64,000 bases of DNA from Eledone cirrhosa (GCA_964016885.1 OZ024743.1:239754001-239818000), one strand, 5' to 3'; counted from the first letter of the stretch, positions 1 to 14,350 are shown. Translations and numbers: made by a program. The notes: generated by a model from the sequence alone, not told the origin.

Positions 1-101
1 ATATATATACATATATATATATATTTATATTTATATATATATATATGTATATATATATGTATATATATATATATATATATATGTGTATATATATATATGT
101 A

Positions 102-142
<41 letters not shown>

Positions 143-196
143 GTATATATATATATATACGTATGTAAAAGCTAAACAGAATCGGTACAGTATATG

Positions 197-235
<39 letters not shown>

Positions 236-465
236 CGCGCGCGCGCGTGTTTGTGTGTGTGCGTGAGAGAGAGAGAGAGAGAGGGGAGGGGTGGAGACTG
301 GGGGAGAAACAGACAACCAGAATTAGACGGACATAAGCAGAGAGAAAATGTGACTAGATATCTGTGTGTGCAGGGATAGGTTTAAATATAACGGGAAACA
401 ATACTCTATATTAATAAACATTAAACAAAATACACAATAAAATCTTGTGACATTTACTTTCTTAC

Positions 466-543
466 CTGTTCGGGCGAAATATGACGAAGATAATTTTTCA
501 TCCCAGTGTCGCTGTATACACAGCAGTTGGAGCAGCATAAACT
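466..543 (-). CDS. candidate host coding exon (EFMLLQLLCIQRHWDEKLSSSYFART)
   Basis: Unique sequence. On the minus strand it is bounded by an AG acceptor and an ACAG|GTAAGA donor, with an open frame. No recognisable homology. Confidence 0.3.
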
Positions 544-1742
544 CTCTTAATATAAAATATATATAGGTAAATGGACCTCCGTTCACTTCGACGATGTGTG
601 TTTCAATAGTTTGATAAAAGGAACAGCCTGTTCGTGAATTCTATGAGCAATTAATAGTTGAGCATTTTACAGACATGTGTGCACTTAATGTAATTTTCAG
701 GGAGATTCAGCGGTGACAGTGAACGCGTCTCGGCTGGCTGTTTGAATTACGGGAACGGTCCAATCAACAAGCTTCCAAACAGTTTCCGTTTATTCAATTT
801 CATTCCAAAAAAATTGGGTCGATCCGAGGCTACAGTAAATGCCACTTGCCGGATATATTGGATCAAAGCCGGCGATGTATCGAGTAGTTACACTAATACA
901 CTATTACACTAAATAAATATATTAGTACATTATTCGCACACAGAAAAATATTGAACTTGTCTTTATATGATTCACGCATTGTTGACTATTCATCAGAAAC
1001 ATGTACTCTTATTTTCCGTCCACGAAGAGAATTATATTGGAGAAGTGAAGGCTTAGAATTATTTACACGTAGTGTATGCCGACATAAAACATGTCTCATA
1101 ATTGTTTTACTAGACTCGTTAATGTGCGTAAATGATAATTATCTAATTAATCATATCACCAACAAAAGAATGCTTTGCAAGTTATATATACCATTTCAGT
1201 TGAGTCCCTGTTTGTGTTTCATATAAATATCTATTTGGTATAACTCCTTTCGTAGGCACAAAATTAAGTCGTTTTCAGATGAATAACCAATACACTATGA
1301 AACATGGGAAGTCAGTCCTAAATATCTTCCGTGTGCGAAGATGGTAATACATATAAGTTTGCTTACTCTTCCACAGTGAGATTAATTTAAAACTATAGGT
1401 ATTAATATTGTATATTAATAGTGCATATTAATAATCAGATTTATTAATATACACAGTGTTGTGCATAAATATTTATATTTGACATATATATTTGTATGTA
1501 TGGGCATGTGTGTGTGAGGGAGGGGGGGGTCAACATACCTTTCGATTTATCTTATGTAAAGATACTAAGTGCCCAAAACATTACAGTGCAGTTAACATAA
1601 TATAATCTATTATACTTCCAGGGTATAATATACGAAGTACAGAAAGAATTGTGAATATTAATATTTAAATAAATATCAAGTATCTACATTCATATATAAA
1701 CTGTCACATCACAGAGATAAATACATGTATATATATATATAG

Positions 1743-1846
<104 letters not shown>

Positions 1847-1847
1847 C

Positions 1848-2125
1848 ATGTAAAGTTATATTTAAAAATTGTTGGGTTACAACTAGTAAATATTTATAAC
1901 TGATATAAAAGCACTCGACAAATATTTGGAGTATATTTACAATATTAAATAAATGGAAAACTATATTTATAAAACCATATTTATTTCATTATATATATTT
2001 CGGGGATATCATATTAACAATATGCTATGCCTTCATCAGACAAAATACAATATAAACAGTTTTATAGATAAATATATTCGACATACCGTAATAAACATCA
2101 ACTTCATTTGAAGAGGTTTAGTCTA
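1848..2125 (-). mobile_element. PLE pseudo-LTR fragment, family C, single arm
   Basis: Near-identical to 28418-28700 and similar to 62590-62830. Abuts (TA)n and carries an HHR. Confidence 0.75.
1982..2047 (-). ncRNA. type I hammerhead ribozyme, family C
   Basis: Minus strand reads tattttgt-CTGATGA-A-GGcatagcatatt..aatatgatatcCCC-GAAA-TATATA-TA-atgaaata. Helix III is palindromic. Confidence 0.8.
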
Positions 2126-2307
2126 GCAGTGAAAATACAGAGAGAAAGAAAGAGAGAAAGAAAAGAGGGAAAAAACGAAAGAAAGAAAGACAAAACGAAG
2201 AAAAGGAAGAAAAAGAAGAAAAGAAAAAGAAGAAATGCATGGAACAAAATAGAGAGATGGAAAAATAGATAAAGTGAAAAATAAATATAGTTTTCCATTT
2301 ATTTAAT

Positions 2308-2365
<58 letters not shown>

Positions 2366-2601
2366 CATACATATATACATACATATATACATATATAAAT
2401 ATATACATATATACATACATATATATAAAATCGAAACTTTGGCAAAGTCGAGCAAAGTCGACCTACAATAAGGAATGAGTAGCAAAGCACTCAATAAGGG
2501 TAGGTCCTTAGAGTAATAACATACGTTTAAATAGCTTGACAAATTGAAAATAGCAGTAGGCAAAACCCAAACACACAATACCAAAGTAACGAAAGAACTA
2601 A

Positions 2602-2664
<63 letters not shown>

Positions 2665-2668
<4 letters not shown>

Positions 2669-2815
2669 AACGAAGGAATTGTGGTAAGGAATCAGATGCA
2701 CCATAACGCACCAGAGTACTCAATACTTAGGGTAGCAGAGTGAGTAATAGGAAATAGTCCAGAAATAGCCGTCGAAACGGCTTGAGCTCTGCTGTCGGCG
2801 TCATACTTTTTCATA
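2665..2815. mobile_element. PLE pLTR family A, short inverted copy in (TA)n
   Basis: Shares aacgaagga..gagtactcaatacttagggtag and gccgtcgaaacggcttgagctc with the other family A copies. Confidence 0.75.
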
Positions 2816-2913
2816 TATATATATATATATATATATAATATAAAACGAAAAATCAGTGATGCATCTGGACTCAATTTATTGTGTTACAATGGAAGCATCA
2901 TAGCTGCCATTAA

Positions 2914-3309
<396 letters not shown>

Positions 3310-3316
3310 TTTTTTT

Positions 3317-3822
3317 AGTATATGTTGGTTGTTTACCGACACCTCAGTATGCATATTGGAGCACTCGACGAAGTACGCAGGTTGGTTTGGTTACTCCGGA
3401 GTAATGTAAAATAAAGTAATTAAGTCAAATATTTAAGATTTGGCTTCGTTTATTAAAGATGTACTGCTATATATATTTCGGTGACATCCATCATTGGCTG
3501 TGACCTCTTCAGGCAGTTCGAATTGGTGTGGTAGAGACCGGTACAGATGTTGTTAAAGTGTTTTACACATGTTGTTAAAGTGTTTTAATCATATATGATT
3601 CCAGTTCCTCAGAGAAATAACAACCCAACAAGGAGCTGGACATATCGGAGTATTGACGGAGTAAAACACTTTAACAACATGTGTACCTGTCTCTACCATA
3701 CCAATTCGAACTGCCTGAAGAGGTCACAGCCAATGATGGCTGTCACCGAAATATATATAGCAGTACATATTTAATAAACGAAGCCAAATCTTAAATATTT
3801 GACTTAATTACTTTATGTTATA
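3317..3822. mobile_element. PLE pLTR family B palindrome with an HHR on both strands
   Basis: Arms ~3405-3590 and ~3663-3820 are reverse complements. HHRs at 3463-3517 (-) and 3710-3764 (+). Confidence 0.8.
3710..3764 (+). ncRNA. minimal type I hammerhead ribozyme, family B
   Basis: actgc-CTGAAGA-GGTcACAGCCA atga TGGCTGTcACC-GAAA-TATATA-TA-gcagt. Confidence 0.85.
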
Positions 3823-4040
3823 TATATATATATATATACTTATATACGTTGCTCCAGTTTACTCAGCTGTAGAAACGTGTTGCGACGTCATGGGTGCCAA
3901 ACTGTATCGGTCATTGCCTTTACATTAGACAATATCGGTAACGTAAAGAGGGTGGTATCCACGGACATCTGCTGCCCTTCCACAAATAACCTTACTCAGT
4001 GCAAATAACCTTTCTATGTGCAAATCCCATGGTCATTTTT

Positions 4041-4133
<93 letters not shown>

Positions 4134-4691
4134 GTACAAGTCAAACCAACATAAGCCTTTTATTTCTAAATGTTCTAAACTATCTAAGTATTTGACTCTA
4201 ACCATTATCTTAAGTATTACCACCCCACATTAATATCTCAATTTGTATATGTGGATGTGTGTGTGTGTCTGTGGAGGTGGGTGTGAGTGTACGTCCAAGC
4301 CAACCTACATAAGTCTTTTTATTTGTAAATTTTCTACTCTAACCATAATTTTCAGTAGCCCCACTCCACATAAATTCCTCAATTTAAGAATGACCTGTAG
4401 TATCTATTTCATACTATTAACCTTAATTGAATATACATCTGACCAAGAATGCTTTTTGTGAAAATTAGTCATATGGGACTATTGTCATCTTGCCTGACGG
4501 TTTGAACTTTACAACAACACCTGCCTCTTTGAGGTCAAATACCAACCCTACTAGTATCTACAAACTGACCAATGAGAATTAAGACTATTCCTGCTGACAA
4601 CATTAAATTATTCCTAACAAGCTCATATGTCCCAAGGCTCTGATACCATCAACACTATAAACACAGAGCTGGCATATCTAAGAACTGACTA

Positions 4692-4747
4692 ACTGCCTGA
4701 TGAGGTCATAGCCATTCAGTGGCTATCATCGAAATATATATAGCAGT
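4692..4747 (+). ncRNA. minimal type I hammerhead ribozyme, family B variant
   Basis: actgc-CTGATGA-GGTcATAGCCA ttcag TGGCTATcATC-GAAA-TATATA-TA-gcagt. Helix II shows compensatory changes relative to the 3710 copy. Confidence 0.85.
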
Positions 4748-4788
4748 AAATAAAGGATTATGAGTTTATGCAATTGACTTATGTTTCG

Positions 4789-4872
<84 letters not shown>

Positions 4873-4986
4873 CATACATAAATACATATATGTATATATG
4901 TACATATATGTATACATATATATATATAGATGTATATATATATATATATGTATATATATATGTACATATGTATATATATATGTTTA

Positions 4987-5086
<100 letters not shown>

Positions 5087-5122
5087 AATATATATATATG
5101 TATATATATATGTATATATATG

Positions 5123-5154
<32 letters not shown>

Positions 5155-5776
5155 CATATATATATACATATATACATACGTATACATACACACACACCCA
5201 TATATATATATATAAATATATATATATATGGGTGTATCGTAGGGGGGGGGGGGGTACACGTCTATTAGAAGACAGATATCTTCTGCGAACGTGTGAAAAT
5301 ATGTATGCAAATGGCTGTGTGTTCGTTACATTTTTCAGTCTTACTCGTATATATCAGTCATATTCTCATAATAATACAATTCTCATAATAATGTGCCTGA
5401 ATATATGTGGTGGATGGTCCATTTATTAAATAAGGTTTTGCTAAGACGAATTTGAGGGGAAAGAGTTCGCCGGACATTGTAGGTCAAATAACCATAGTTT
5501 TATCTGGTACTTGTTACTTGACTGAAAGTGCATGGTTTAGTAGTTAAGGTGGGTTGTTCTCGATTGTAAGTACGTCAGACTCAAATCCAGTGCCGATTTG
5601 GATTCTTGTGCAAGACAGCTGCAAAAATAAGTTGGACTAATAATTCAAAGGGCAGCTTTTATATATATATATATATATATATAACAAAGGAATTGTGGTA
5701 AGGAACCAGATGGACCATAGCGCACCTGAGTACTCAATACTTAGGGTAGTAGAGTGGGAAATAGGAAAAAGTATGA

Positions 5777-5870
5777 CCCCGACGGCAGAGCTCAAGCCGT
5801 TTCGGCGGCTATTTCTGGACTAAATTAGAATGTTTAGCCTGGTGACTAAATAGCCGAACTTGTCAAGGGG
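5777..5870 (-). ncRNA. type I hammerhead ribozyme, family A, U3-A8 core variant
   Basis: cccc-TTGACAA-Gttcggctattt...aaatagccgcC-GAAA-CGGC ttgagctct GCCG-TC-gggg. Cleavage triplet GUC. Confidence 0.75.
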
Positions 5871-6520
5871 GTACTTCCTTATATGGGAAGATTGTAGTTG
5901 TCAAGAGGATTGGTTAAAATTTGTTGTAAACACAAATAAGTCTATCATGGCATTTGGTGGGTGGTAGAGGTGGCTGAACTTGCCTGTAGAACAATAGGGG
6001 AGTTGAGTGGAGCGGTCAAGCGTTGAAGGTGATATGTATACGGCAGATTCTAAGGATAGTGTATGAAGCGGAGGAGGGAGGTTATAGAATAGGTAAATCG
6101 AATGAGAGTAAGAGACAATAAAAGATAATAGAAAGAAATAAAAAAATATATAAAATTAGATAGTGAGAAATGAATAAAAAAAATCACAATGCTATCTTAC
6201 AATTACAGGTTAATAAGTTGAGAATAGAAAAGAATTGTAGAAATTGAGTAGTACCAGAACTGATACAGAATTAAAGGGGTTTAACACGTCTGCTATAAGT
6301 AGTTAGTAAAACGTATTCGGCCAATTCTATATTAAAATTACAGAGGTGGGGAAACTGATGCTACAGAAGCCCGATGGGCTGCATCGGGGTAGGCGAAAGG
6401 GGAAAAGCAGACGAGGAGGAAAATAGGGGGTGGAAGGAAGTGATAGTATGAGACAGGGGGGAGAAGAAGACTGGGGTTTCCCCTAACTTATTCGGCATGT
6501 GGGGGGTTATCAGCCCTTGT

Positions 6521-6740
6521 CTACCCACCCGGGTCGTTATGGGGTTTGTGGGCGAGGTAAGTCCTACGCAATCTGTGTTTGCATGCGGTTACCAGTTCGT
6601 CTTTCTTGTTTAGGAGTTTGTCCTTCGAAAACAGCATATGTAATGTTTCCTCCGAGCATAAGCTACATGGACGGCGTCTTCCCGTGTAAGAGTTAGCCCT
6701 GGACAGTAAGCTCCAAGTGAAATTGTAGGTTATATTATTA
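6521..6740 (-). pseudogene. C-terminus of PLE GIY-YIG endonuclease ORF
   Basis: [10 protein letters not shown]...CSLCSEE....[14 protein letters not shown] matches, from memory, the W-x-I..A..Y..C-x-LC..EK..LLNKR.EL...CRH C-terminal motif of Penelope-like elements. Confidence 0.7.
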
Positions 6741-6766
6741 CCTCTGCCGTCGGGGTCATACTTTTT

Positions 6767-6815
<49 letters not shown>

Positions 6816-6832
6816 GTACATACATACATATA

Positions 6833-6904
<72 letters not shown>

Positions 6905-6906
<2 letters not shown>

Positions 6907-7415
6907 GATAAATCTACCAAGAATCTACCAAGAGTTTACGGTAGTGTCCAATCCGTATGAAGAACTCAATGTATTCCGGATATCATGGAAAGAAGAGATG
7001 TAATGAAAATCCAATTTCGGTGAAAGATAAACCGGTATACAGAGTCAAGATAAAATATTAAACAAATAATGAACAAACATTCCTTATATTAAACAAAAAA
7101 AGTTCACTATTTAACGATCGTTTCTAGGGTATATATGTGCTATAATTGGTATGCATATTTAACAGATCTATGTACAAAATTATACAAAATTATACAAATT
7201 ATCAAGATTAATATACATACCTAACACATATATACGTCGTCTTCAGAAATAATCGTATTATTTCTGAAGACGGCGTATATATGTGTTAGGTATGTATATT
7301 TAATCTGATAATTTGTATAATTTTGTATAATTTTGTACATAGATCTGTTAAATATGCATACCAATTATAAGCACATATAGAACCCTAGAAACGATCGTTA
7401 AATAGTGAATCTTTT
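6905..7415. mobile_element. palindromic pLTR family D with long-helix-II HHRs on both strands
   Basis: Inverted arms 7103-7409, centred near 7255. attt-CTGAAGA-(~120 nt)-GAAA-CGATCG-TT-aaat at 7260-7403 (+) and 7109-7250 (-). Confidence 0.7.
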
Positions 7416-7615
7416 NNNNNNNNNNNNNNNNNNNNNNNNNNNNNNNNNNNNNNNNNNNNNNNNNNNNNNNNNNNNNNNNNNNNNNNNNNNNNNNNNNNNN
7501 NNNNNNNNNNNNNNNNNNNNNNNNNNNNNNNNNNNNNNNNNNNNNNNNNNNNNNNNNNNNNNNNNNNNNNNNNNNNNNNNNNNNNNNNNNNNNNNNNNNN
7601 NNNNNNNNNNNNNNN
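7416..7615. other. assembly gap
   Basis: Run of 200 N. Confidence 1.
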
Positions 7616-7664
7616 CGCAAATAGTTTGAACGAATACCTGTTCTCTTACGATTGTACTGATCCA

Positions 7665-7810
7665 CTACCCTAGACTGGTAATATTTGTTTCGACATCAGA
7701 AGAATGAGAGAATGCCTTTTTCATTGATCTACGGCGGTATTTTAACGCAAATACCTCAACTTCGCATCTTTTCATTTCAGGAGTTGATAAAATGAAATGC
7801 CAGCTAATTT
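7665..7810 (-). CDS. candidate host exon (EISWHFILSTPEMKRCEVEVFALKYRRRS...SLG*)
   Basis: Open frame after a TAG acceptor, phase-compatible with exon 8253-8338. The polypyrimidine tract is weak. Confidence 0.3.
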
Positions 7811-7842
7811 CTAGAACCAGATTATTATTTTTTATAAACATA

Positions 7843-7945
7843 ACCCCGCCGAGGTTAACTTTGCCTTTCATCCTTACGGGGTCGATAAAATAAAGTACCA
7901 GTAATGCACTGGGTAATTGCTGGCCTTGTGCCAATAGTAGAAACA
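7843..7945 (+). mobile_element. 5'-truncated tRNA-SINE (SINE-1) with ~19 bp TSD
   Basis: Core gccgaggttaactttgcctttcatccttacggggtcgataaa. Direct repeat attatttttt(t)ataaacata at ~7824-7842 and ~7946-7964. Confidence 0.8.
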
Positions 7946-8252
7946 ATTATTTTTTATAAACATATGTTTTTCTGTGTTTGGCTAGGGTGGGACTCAACAA
8001 GGAACAGTCAATTATATATATTTAATACTTAAAGTACAAGACAAATTAATGGGGTCTATCTATACAATTGTCTGTTCTCTGCCCCCAAAGTTGCTGATCC
8101 TATTATGTAAGAAAGGAATTATATTAGCCATACAGGTGACGAACCTCGGGAGTATATACAAATTTGAAATTGATAGCTGCTGAGGTGCCTACAAGATCTA
8201 ATTGAATGATTTAATCCTCAAGACTAAAACAGTAATTTAATAAACTACATAC

Positions 8253-8338
8253 CTGTGAATTTGTAAAATTCAAGTTTCATTAATCTCCCCAACATGTATG
8301 CGGCCATGCACAGGCTCTTATTCGTTTCTAATTCGAAC
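8253..8338 (-). CDS. candidate host coding exon (FELETNKSLCMAAYMLGRLMKLEFYKFT)
   Basis: CAG acceptor, CAG|GTATGT donor, 86 nt, open frame. Confidence 0.45.
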
Positions 8339-8951
8339 CTGGTACCAAAATATCTCTCAAGTTACCCCTATGTTAGATCTTTATCCAGGTATTGACTACC
8401 AATCTAATATATCTTAAGAAACTAGGTTGAAGAAATGTTCGATAACATCCCTTAAAGAAATGTTCGATAACACCCGAAAAGCCTTAAACAACACCGGAAA
8501 CTTCCACCGGTTCCTATACAGAAGAATAAAATGTGGAAGGAGTTATCAATATAGACAATTGCTATTGAAGTAGGTTTTAACAGAGCGTATTAATTTGAGG
8601 TCATTTTTATAGAATATCCTTGTAGCAGATCCTTGATATAAATCAGAGTTATTGATGGTCATTAATATAAACCACCGTTATATAAAGTCATCAATAGGGA
8701 CTATCGATTTCGGCTGTTATAGACCAGGGTTTGGTTGGGTTATAAATATATAGCATCGTTATAGTCATCTTTATAGAAAATCGATATAGATCAGAGTTGT
8801 AGGAAGTCATCTGTATAGATTGTGGTTATAAACCTTCAATATAGACAATTTTTGTAGGATAAGGTAGATTTTAAGAATGAAATTGATAGCGATGTTTTGA
8901 GGGGTTAGACGTAAACAGTCATTATTAATAATTAAATAAACATTCACAAAT

Positions 8952-9050
<99 letters not shown>
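8952..9050. repeat. (GATA)n microsatellite
   Basis: Direct tandem repeat. Confidence 0.95.
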
Positions 9051-9064
9051 CATTACATACATAC

Positions 9065-10300
9065 AGACATGCATCTGCACAGCCATCTGAAATCTCTGCG
9101 CACAATAAAACAGAGGCTCAAATGTATTTGCTGTGCTTGTCCTAACACCAACGTTTGGAATACTCGCTTGGACGATAGACGAAATCCGAACAATTGATGT
9201 TAAAACCCGAAAAGCCTTAAACAACACCGGAAACTTCCACATCAACAGTGACATAGACCACCTAGACTTGAAACTCAAGCAGGGAGATAGGGGCGTAATA
9301 TCAGTTCAGACAGCATTTGAATGTTGCATCATATTCTTTCGACAGCATCTACGAACCTCGAAGCGTAGGAACCCATCTTTTGAGCAAGTCTGTCTGCATG
9401 AAACAGATACGCTCATGAGAATGGGAAGAATCTCCTTGAAAGATACTCCCTACATGATTATCAAAAACTCACACCCAGGGAAATTGCCCAGCAATACCGC
9501 AGTGAATCCATGGATAAAAAAGTGTATGCTGATCAGCAAAAAAATCATTTATTGATATGATGCCAGGAGGTTCCAGAGTGACAGTAATATAGATAAGCAA
9601 AGTAATCTATTTTGGACCAACGATCGCTATATTGGCTCTCACTTTGAAGGATACGCTTTTGCAAGCCAAGATCAGGAAATCAATACAAAATGCCTGATTC
9701 ACAAAAGAGATAGGGATGCAGGCAAAATACCTGGATGCGACAACAAATGCAGACTCTGCAGAATTAACTGGAAGATGTCACCCACGTTATAAGCAGCTGT
9801 CCAAAGATTCCATCACGGTACTATCTACCTATGAGGTATGATGTAGTGGTCAAAACAATGCAATCCGTAGAAAAGATAGCCCCGACAATAAATATAATAA
9901 CAGTTACAGCAGTGTGAAAAACATATAGATACACAATATGAAAGTGTACTAGTGGAATGTTCCAATCAAAACCCCAATAAAATGCAAGCATAACAAACCA
10001 GATATAATGATATGGGACACGGCAAAGAAGGTATGCACAGTTGTGGAAATCAGCTGCCCAGCAGATGGCAATATAGTATTGAAGATTAGCGAGAAAAAGA
10101 ATATATATGCAGAACTAATGAGGAATCTACAGATACTCCACTCTGACTATACATTCAGATTTATACCTGTGCTTATTGGGGAAATAGGATATATTACTAA
10201 CTGCCACAGTACAAATCTTGAGAAGCTAGGCTCAACAGAACCAGAAAGAACACGAATAGCTAGGAAATTACAAGCACAATCCATTAATGGATTAGTAAAA
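9065..10300 (+). mobile_element. decayed RLE-type non-LTR retrotransposon 3' part (R4/Dong-like)
   Basis: SDID.L.L....GDRG thumb motif, C-RLC...HVISSC zinc knuckle, RYDVV, and KPDIMIWD...VVEISCP.D...EK..Y restriction-like endonuclease motifs. Contains frameshifts. Confidence 0.85.
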
Positions 10301-10693
10301 ATTCTGCATCTAATAACTGCATGTGCACATGTACAGATACAAAACATATACACTTGCACACATAAAACTCAAAACATCCACACTCTCACATACAGTAGCA
10401 CCCATACCTGCACACACACGTATGCATGCAGACATGCAAGCATATCTACCAAGTTGGTGTTGTCTAAATTCCAATGGAATTTATATTGCAGCTGCAGTTT
10501 AAATTACCATTGTACTTGAAATACTCAAACATTAACTGATTGAATGAACCCCCAACAACTTTACGCAGTGTAAATTGTATCATTCGAAGATAAAAGGGAT
10601 TTATTTGCGCCATCTCGCTGCTATCTGAAAGAACGAAACTCTAATTTCGAAGTCACTGCAAATTATACACACACACACACACACACAAACACA

Positions 10694-10800
<107 letters not shown>

Positions 10801-11136
10801 GTCAAATTCTCTCAAAGACAGCGATGGGCAATAATTCCTTAAAGGACAGAGACAAGAGGCCAGTGTTCGACAGAGAGATAATCCGCGAGGTGGGCGACAG
10901 GCAGATGTACAGAGCGTATTGAAAGAGGCAGAGGACAAGGAGAAATGTGCCGGCGCACAGAAGTAACTGGAAGAAGGTAATAAAGAAATGTGCTGTACAA
11001 GACAAATTTACACACACACACACACATCTTCACCCTCATCAGCTCTCAAACCACCAAAATTGTTATATATATATATATATATATGTAAATATATATATGT
11101 TATATATATATATATGTGTTATAAATATATATATGT

Positions 11137-11216
<80 letters not shown>

Positions 11217-11220
<4 letters not shown>

Positions 11221-11836
11221 GCCTAACTTAACTACCAACTACACAGCCATCCTATTCTCCATATATTTTACCATGTTTCGCTGTAACCAGTCTTCTCTCT
11301 CCCTCTACCTACCTATTTCATTACTATCTACTCTTCCCCCTCTTTCTTCCTCTCCCTTTCTCCCTCTTACTCACTCACCCTCTCTCTCCCATCCACCTCA
11401 TTGTTTCCCTCACCTGACCTTATAGCAGTCCTTTTCTCACTTACACTCGCTGGGTTCAGTCGTGTCTTTTTTTCGTTCGCCCACACGCTCTAGAACTTCA
11501 GTTATGTTACCGCTGTGGTCTTGGACTTCCTTACCTTCAGTTGCTGCACATTTCTCGGTTTGTTGTTTTTTTCGCTGTTTTCTCTTTTCTTCCCTTTTTC
11601 CCTTTTCCCTTCTATTTTCCTTCTCTCCCTCCTCCGTTTTCCTAATAACTTATCCAGTTATTGAACGCTCTGGGGGTAGATATATTGTCTTTAAAGCGTT
11701 GAAATATCCAAGACCCCCAGTAGACAACTGACGAGGCAAACTCCCCCACCCCTACCCTGTTCTTGCTTTCTACTTATTCTCGTTCCATTTTTAAGCCTAA
11801 CTTAATAGCAACTACACATCCATCCTATTCTCCATA
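11217..11836. mobile_element. element in (TA)n with ~48 bp terminal direct repeats, probable PLE remnant
   Basis: ttaagcctaacttaa..caactacac..ccatcctattctccatat at 11217-11265 and 11791-11836. Isolated CTGACGAG near 11728. Confidence 0.45.
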
Positions 11837-12048
11837 TATATATATATATAGTGTTGATAGGCAATTAATAGATTAACCTTTGCTGGATTAAATGGATTAC
11901 TATTTGAACTTAGTGAATTATTGTAACTAGCAGAAAAACTACACTACTAGAGTAATATATATATATATATACATATATATATACATATATATATACATAT
12001 ATATAGGTTCTTGAGAACCGTTGAAATAATTATAATGAATAAAGCATG

Positions 12049-12109
<61 letters not shown>

Positions 12110-12521
12110 GCACACACACATACAAATATATATATATATATGTGTGTGTGTGTGTATATATATATATTTAAATATATAGACATACATATATGTGTGTTTT
12201 TGTGTGTATTCGTGTGTGTTTGTATATATACAAATATATATACGCATACATACACACACACTCAAACAGTGAGAAACTTAGTTCAGAGGTCTATCCATTT
12301 TACAATTCCGATTCACTTAAATCAGATATTTAATAATCAAGAATATTAGAGATAGGTTTATAGAAAGTACAACAGAATCATTAATAAAACTGTCTTTTTA
12401 AATCCGACTGGTGAAAAATAAATTTAATCTGTGTGTATAATCAATTAAGTGTATATATATATTTATATACATGTGTGTGTATGTGTGTGTCTGTGTGTAT
12501 ACATATATATATATATATATA

Positions 12522-12615
<94 letters not shown>

Positions 12616-12678
12616 TATATGTATATATGTACAAGTATATATAGATATATATGTACGTATATGTATAAATATATGCAA

Positions 12679-12726
<48 letters not shown>

Positions 12727-12821
12727 TAAAAGGGTATGGATATTCCAACAGGGACTAGGTACCTATAGAAATCGTTTTTTAATTTATTTAAAAGATTGTT
12801 TGATAATTGCTTGCTCCGCTC

Positions 12822-12898
<77 letters not shown>

Positions 12899-12964
12899 TA
12901 GATAGATATATATAGATAGATAGATATATGTACATATACATATATATATATATAATTATAAATA

Positions 12965-13516
12965 CTACCAGAAAAACCACCCTTCCGTTGGTTTTCTGCT
13001 AGTAAGTGTAGTGTATATATTGATATTATACGCAAGTATATATATATACATGTAGATATGATACATCAAATAAAATTGTAATTGACAATATAAACAGAAA
13101 TTGAACGAAGACGTTGTTACACTGTCTTATGTAATCAGTAACGTAATCCATGATACGTTAAAAAAAGACGATATTATATATAAACTGCATTAGGAGAAAA
13201 TTAGTGACAGAAAATTAGTATGTTTATTTAAGTGATCGCCACCGGAAGTGTTGACATCACACACTCTCTCTTTCTATATATATGGTAGTTGAAGTGGTGG
13301 TGGTGGTGGCAACGATATACCGGAAGTACAACTTTGAAAAGTAGTCAATTTTAAATTATTTATTTTTACGAAATTATTTTTGTTTACGAAATTTAGTAGA
13401 TAAATTATGTAATATTCATTCATTATTTATTCAAATTAATCCAACTTATTTTACTAACGGGTTAAAATAAATAAACCGTACGCAGTCCCGCATACCTTCC
13501 TTTATTATAGTTTAGA
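12965..13516 (-). mobile_element. non-autonomous Helitron, copy 1
   Basis: Minus strand starts A|TCTAAACTATAATAAAG and has a subterminal hairpin aaaacca..tggttttt. The terminal CTAG is mutated to GTAG. Matches 38354-38896. Confidence 0.65.
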
Positions 13517-14264
13517 TAGTTTAGTAAATGTTTCAACTTTCATTATATCGATGGCAAATTTTCAAAACTGATGATTCCTTTTTGCTTTTGAAATTCGATT
13601 TATGATCCTAACTTAAATTAATCCATAAATTTTACACAGAGTTTAACAATATTAATGGTATCGTTTTTGTTTGTAGTCATAGGTGAAACCTGATTAATTA
13701 GGCAATTCAACCGTGAACAATTGTTCATGTTTACTGTTGTATGAAGAAAGGATTATTCTCACAGGCATACAGCATTTGAAATTTTAATTAGTAATTCATG
13801 AAAATTCCCTTGTTAGGAAGTATTTGAGCATAAGATAATGAGGAAGCCTCTATGCCGTCTCGTGACCTGCTAGAAATAGCTAACAAATCTCATCTAAATC
13901 AGATGCACTACTGCTACTGAAACAGCGTGCTTATATATACTTAAGTATTAGTATACAAAGAGAGATGAGTTCTGCTCGACTAGAGACTATACCTGGCTAA
14001 ACAACTATTCGAAGAAGACCTGCAGCATGATAAGAGTTACATCAGATAAGTTCTGATGTACTGAATGACGTACATATGAGTGTATGGACCCGTAGGGGTA
14101 TCGTAGTGACATAACCCATTTTGCTTTTAGTGGTATTTTTGGACAAGTGGAACCTATCGCTTTCCAGGTCTGAACAACATCGAAGAGAGAAAGAAAAAGA
14201 GAGAGATAGGGAGAGATAGAGATAGAGAGAGAGGGGGGGGGGCAGAGTGAAAGAGACTGATGAA

Positions 14265-14350
14265 AAATCGACCCCAGTCCTGCACTGGTACTTTTTTTAT
14301 CGACCTCGAAAAGGAGAAAGGCAGAGTTGACTCCGGTGGGATTAGAAAAC
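14265..14350 (-). mobile_element. diverged SINE-1 fragment
   Basis: ctggtactt..tatcgacctcgaaaaggagaaaggcagagttgactccggtgggatt. Confidence 0.6.

Larger units (their letters stand above)
5682..6770 (-). mobile_element. 5'-truncated Penelope-like element (family A) with a short inverted 5' pLTR piece
   Basis: Tail and pLTR with HHR on the left, ORF C-terminus at 6521-6740, inverted arm at 6742-6770. Flanked by (TA)n. Confidence 0.8.
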
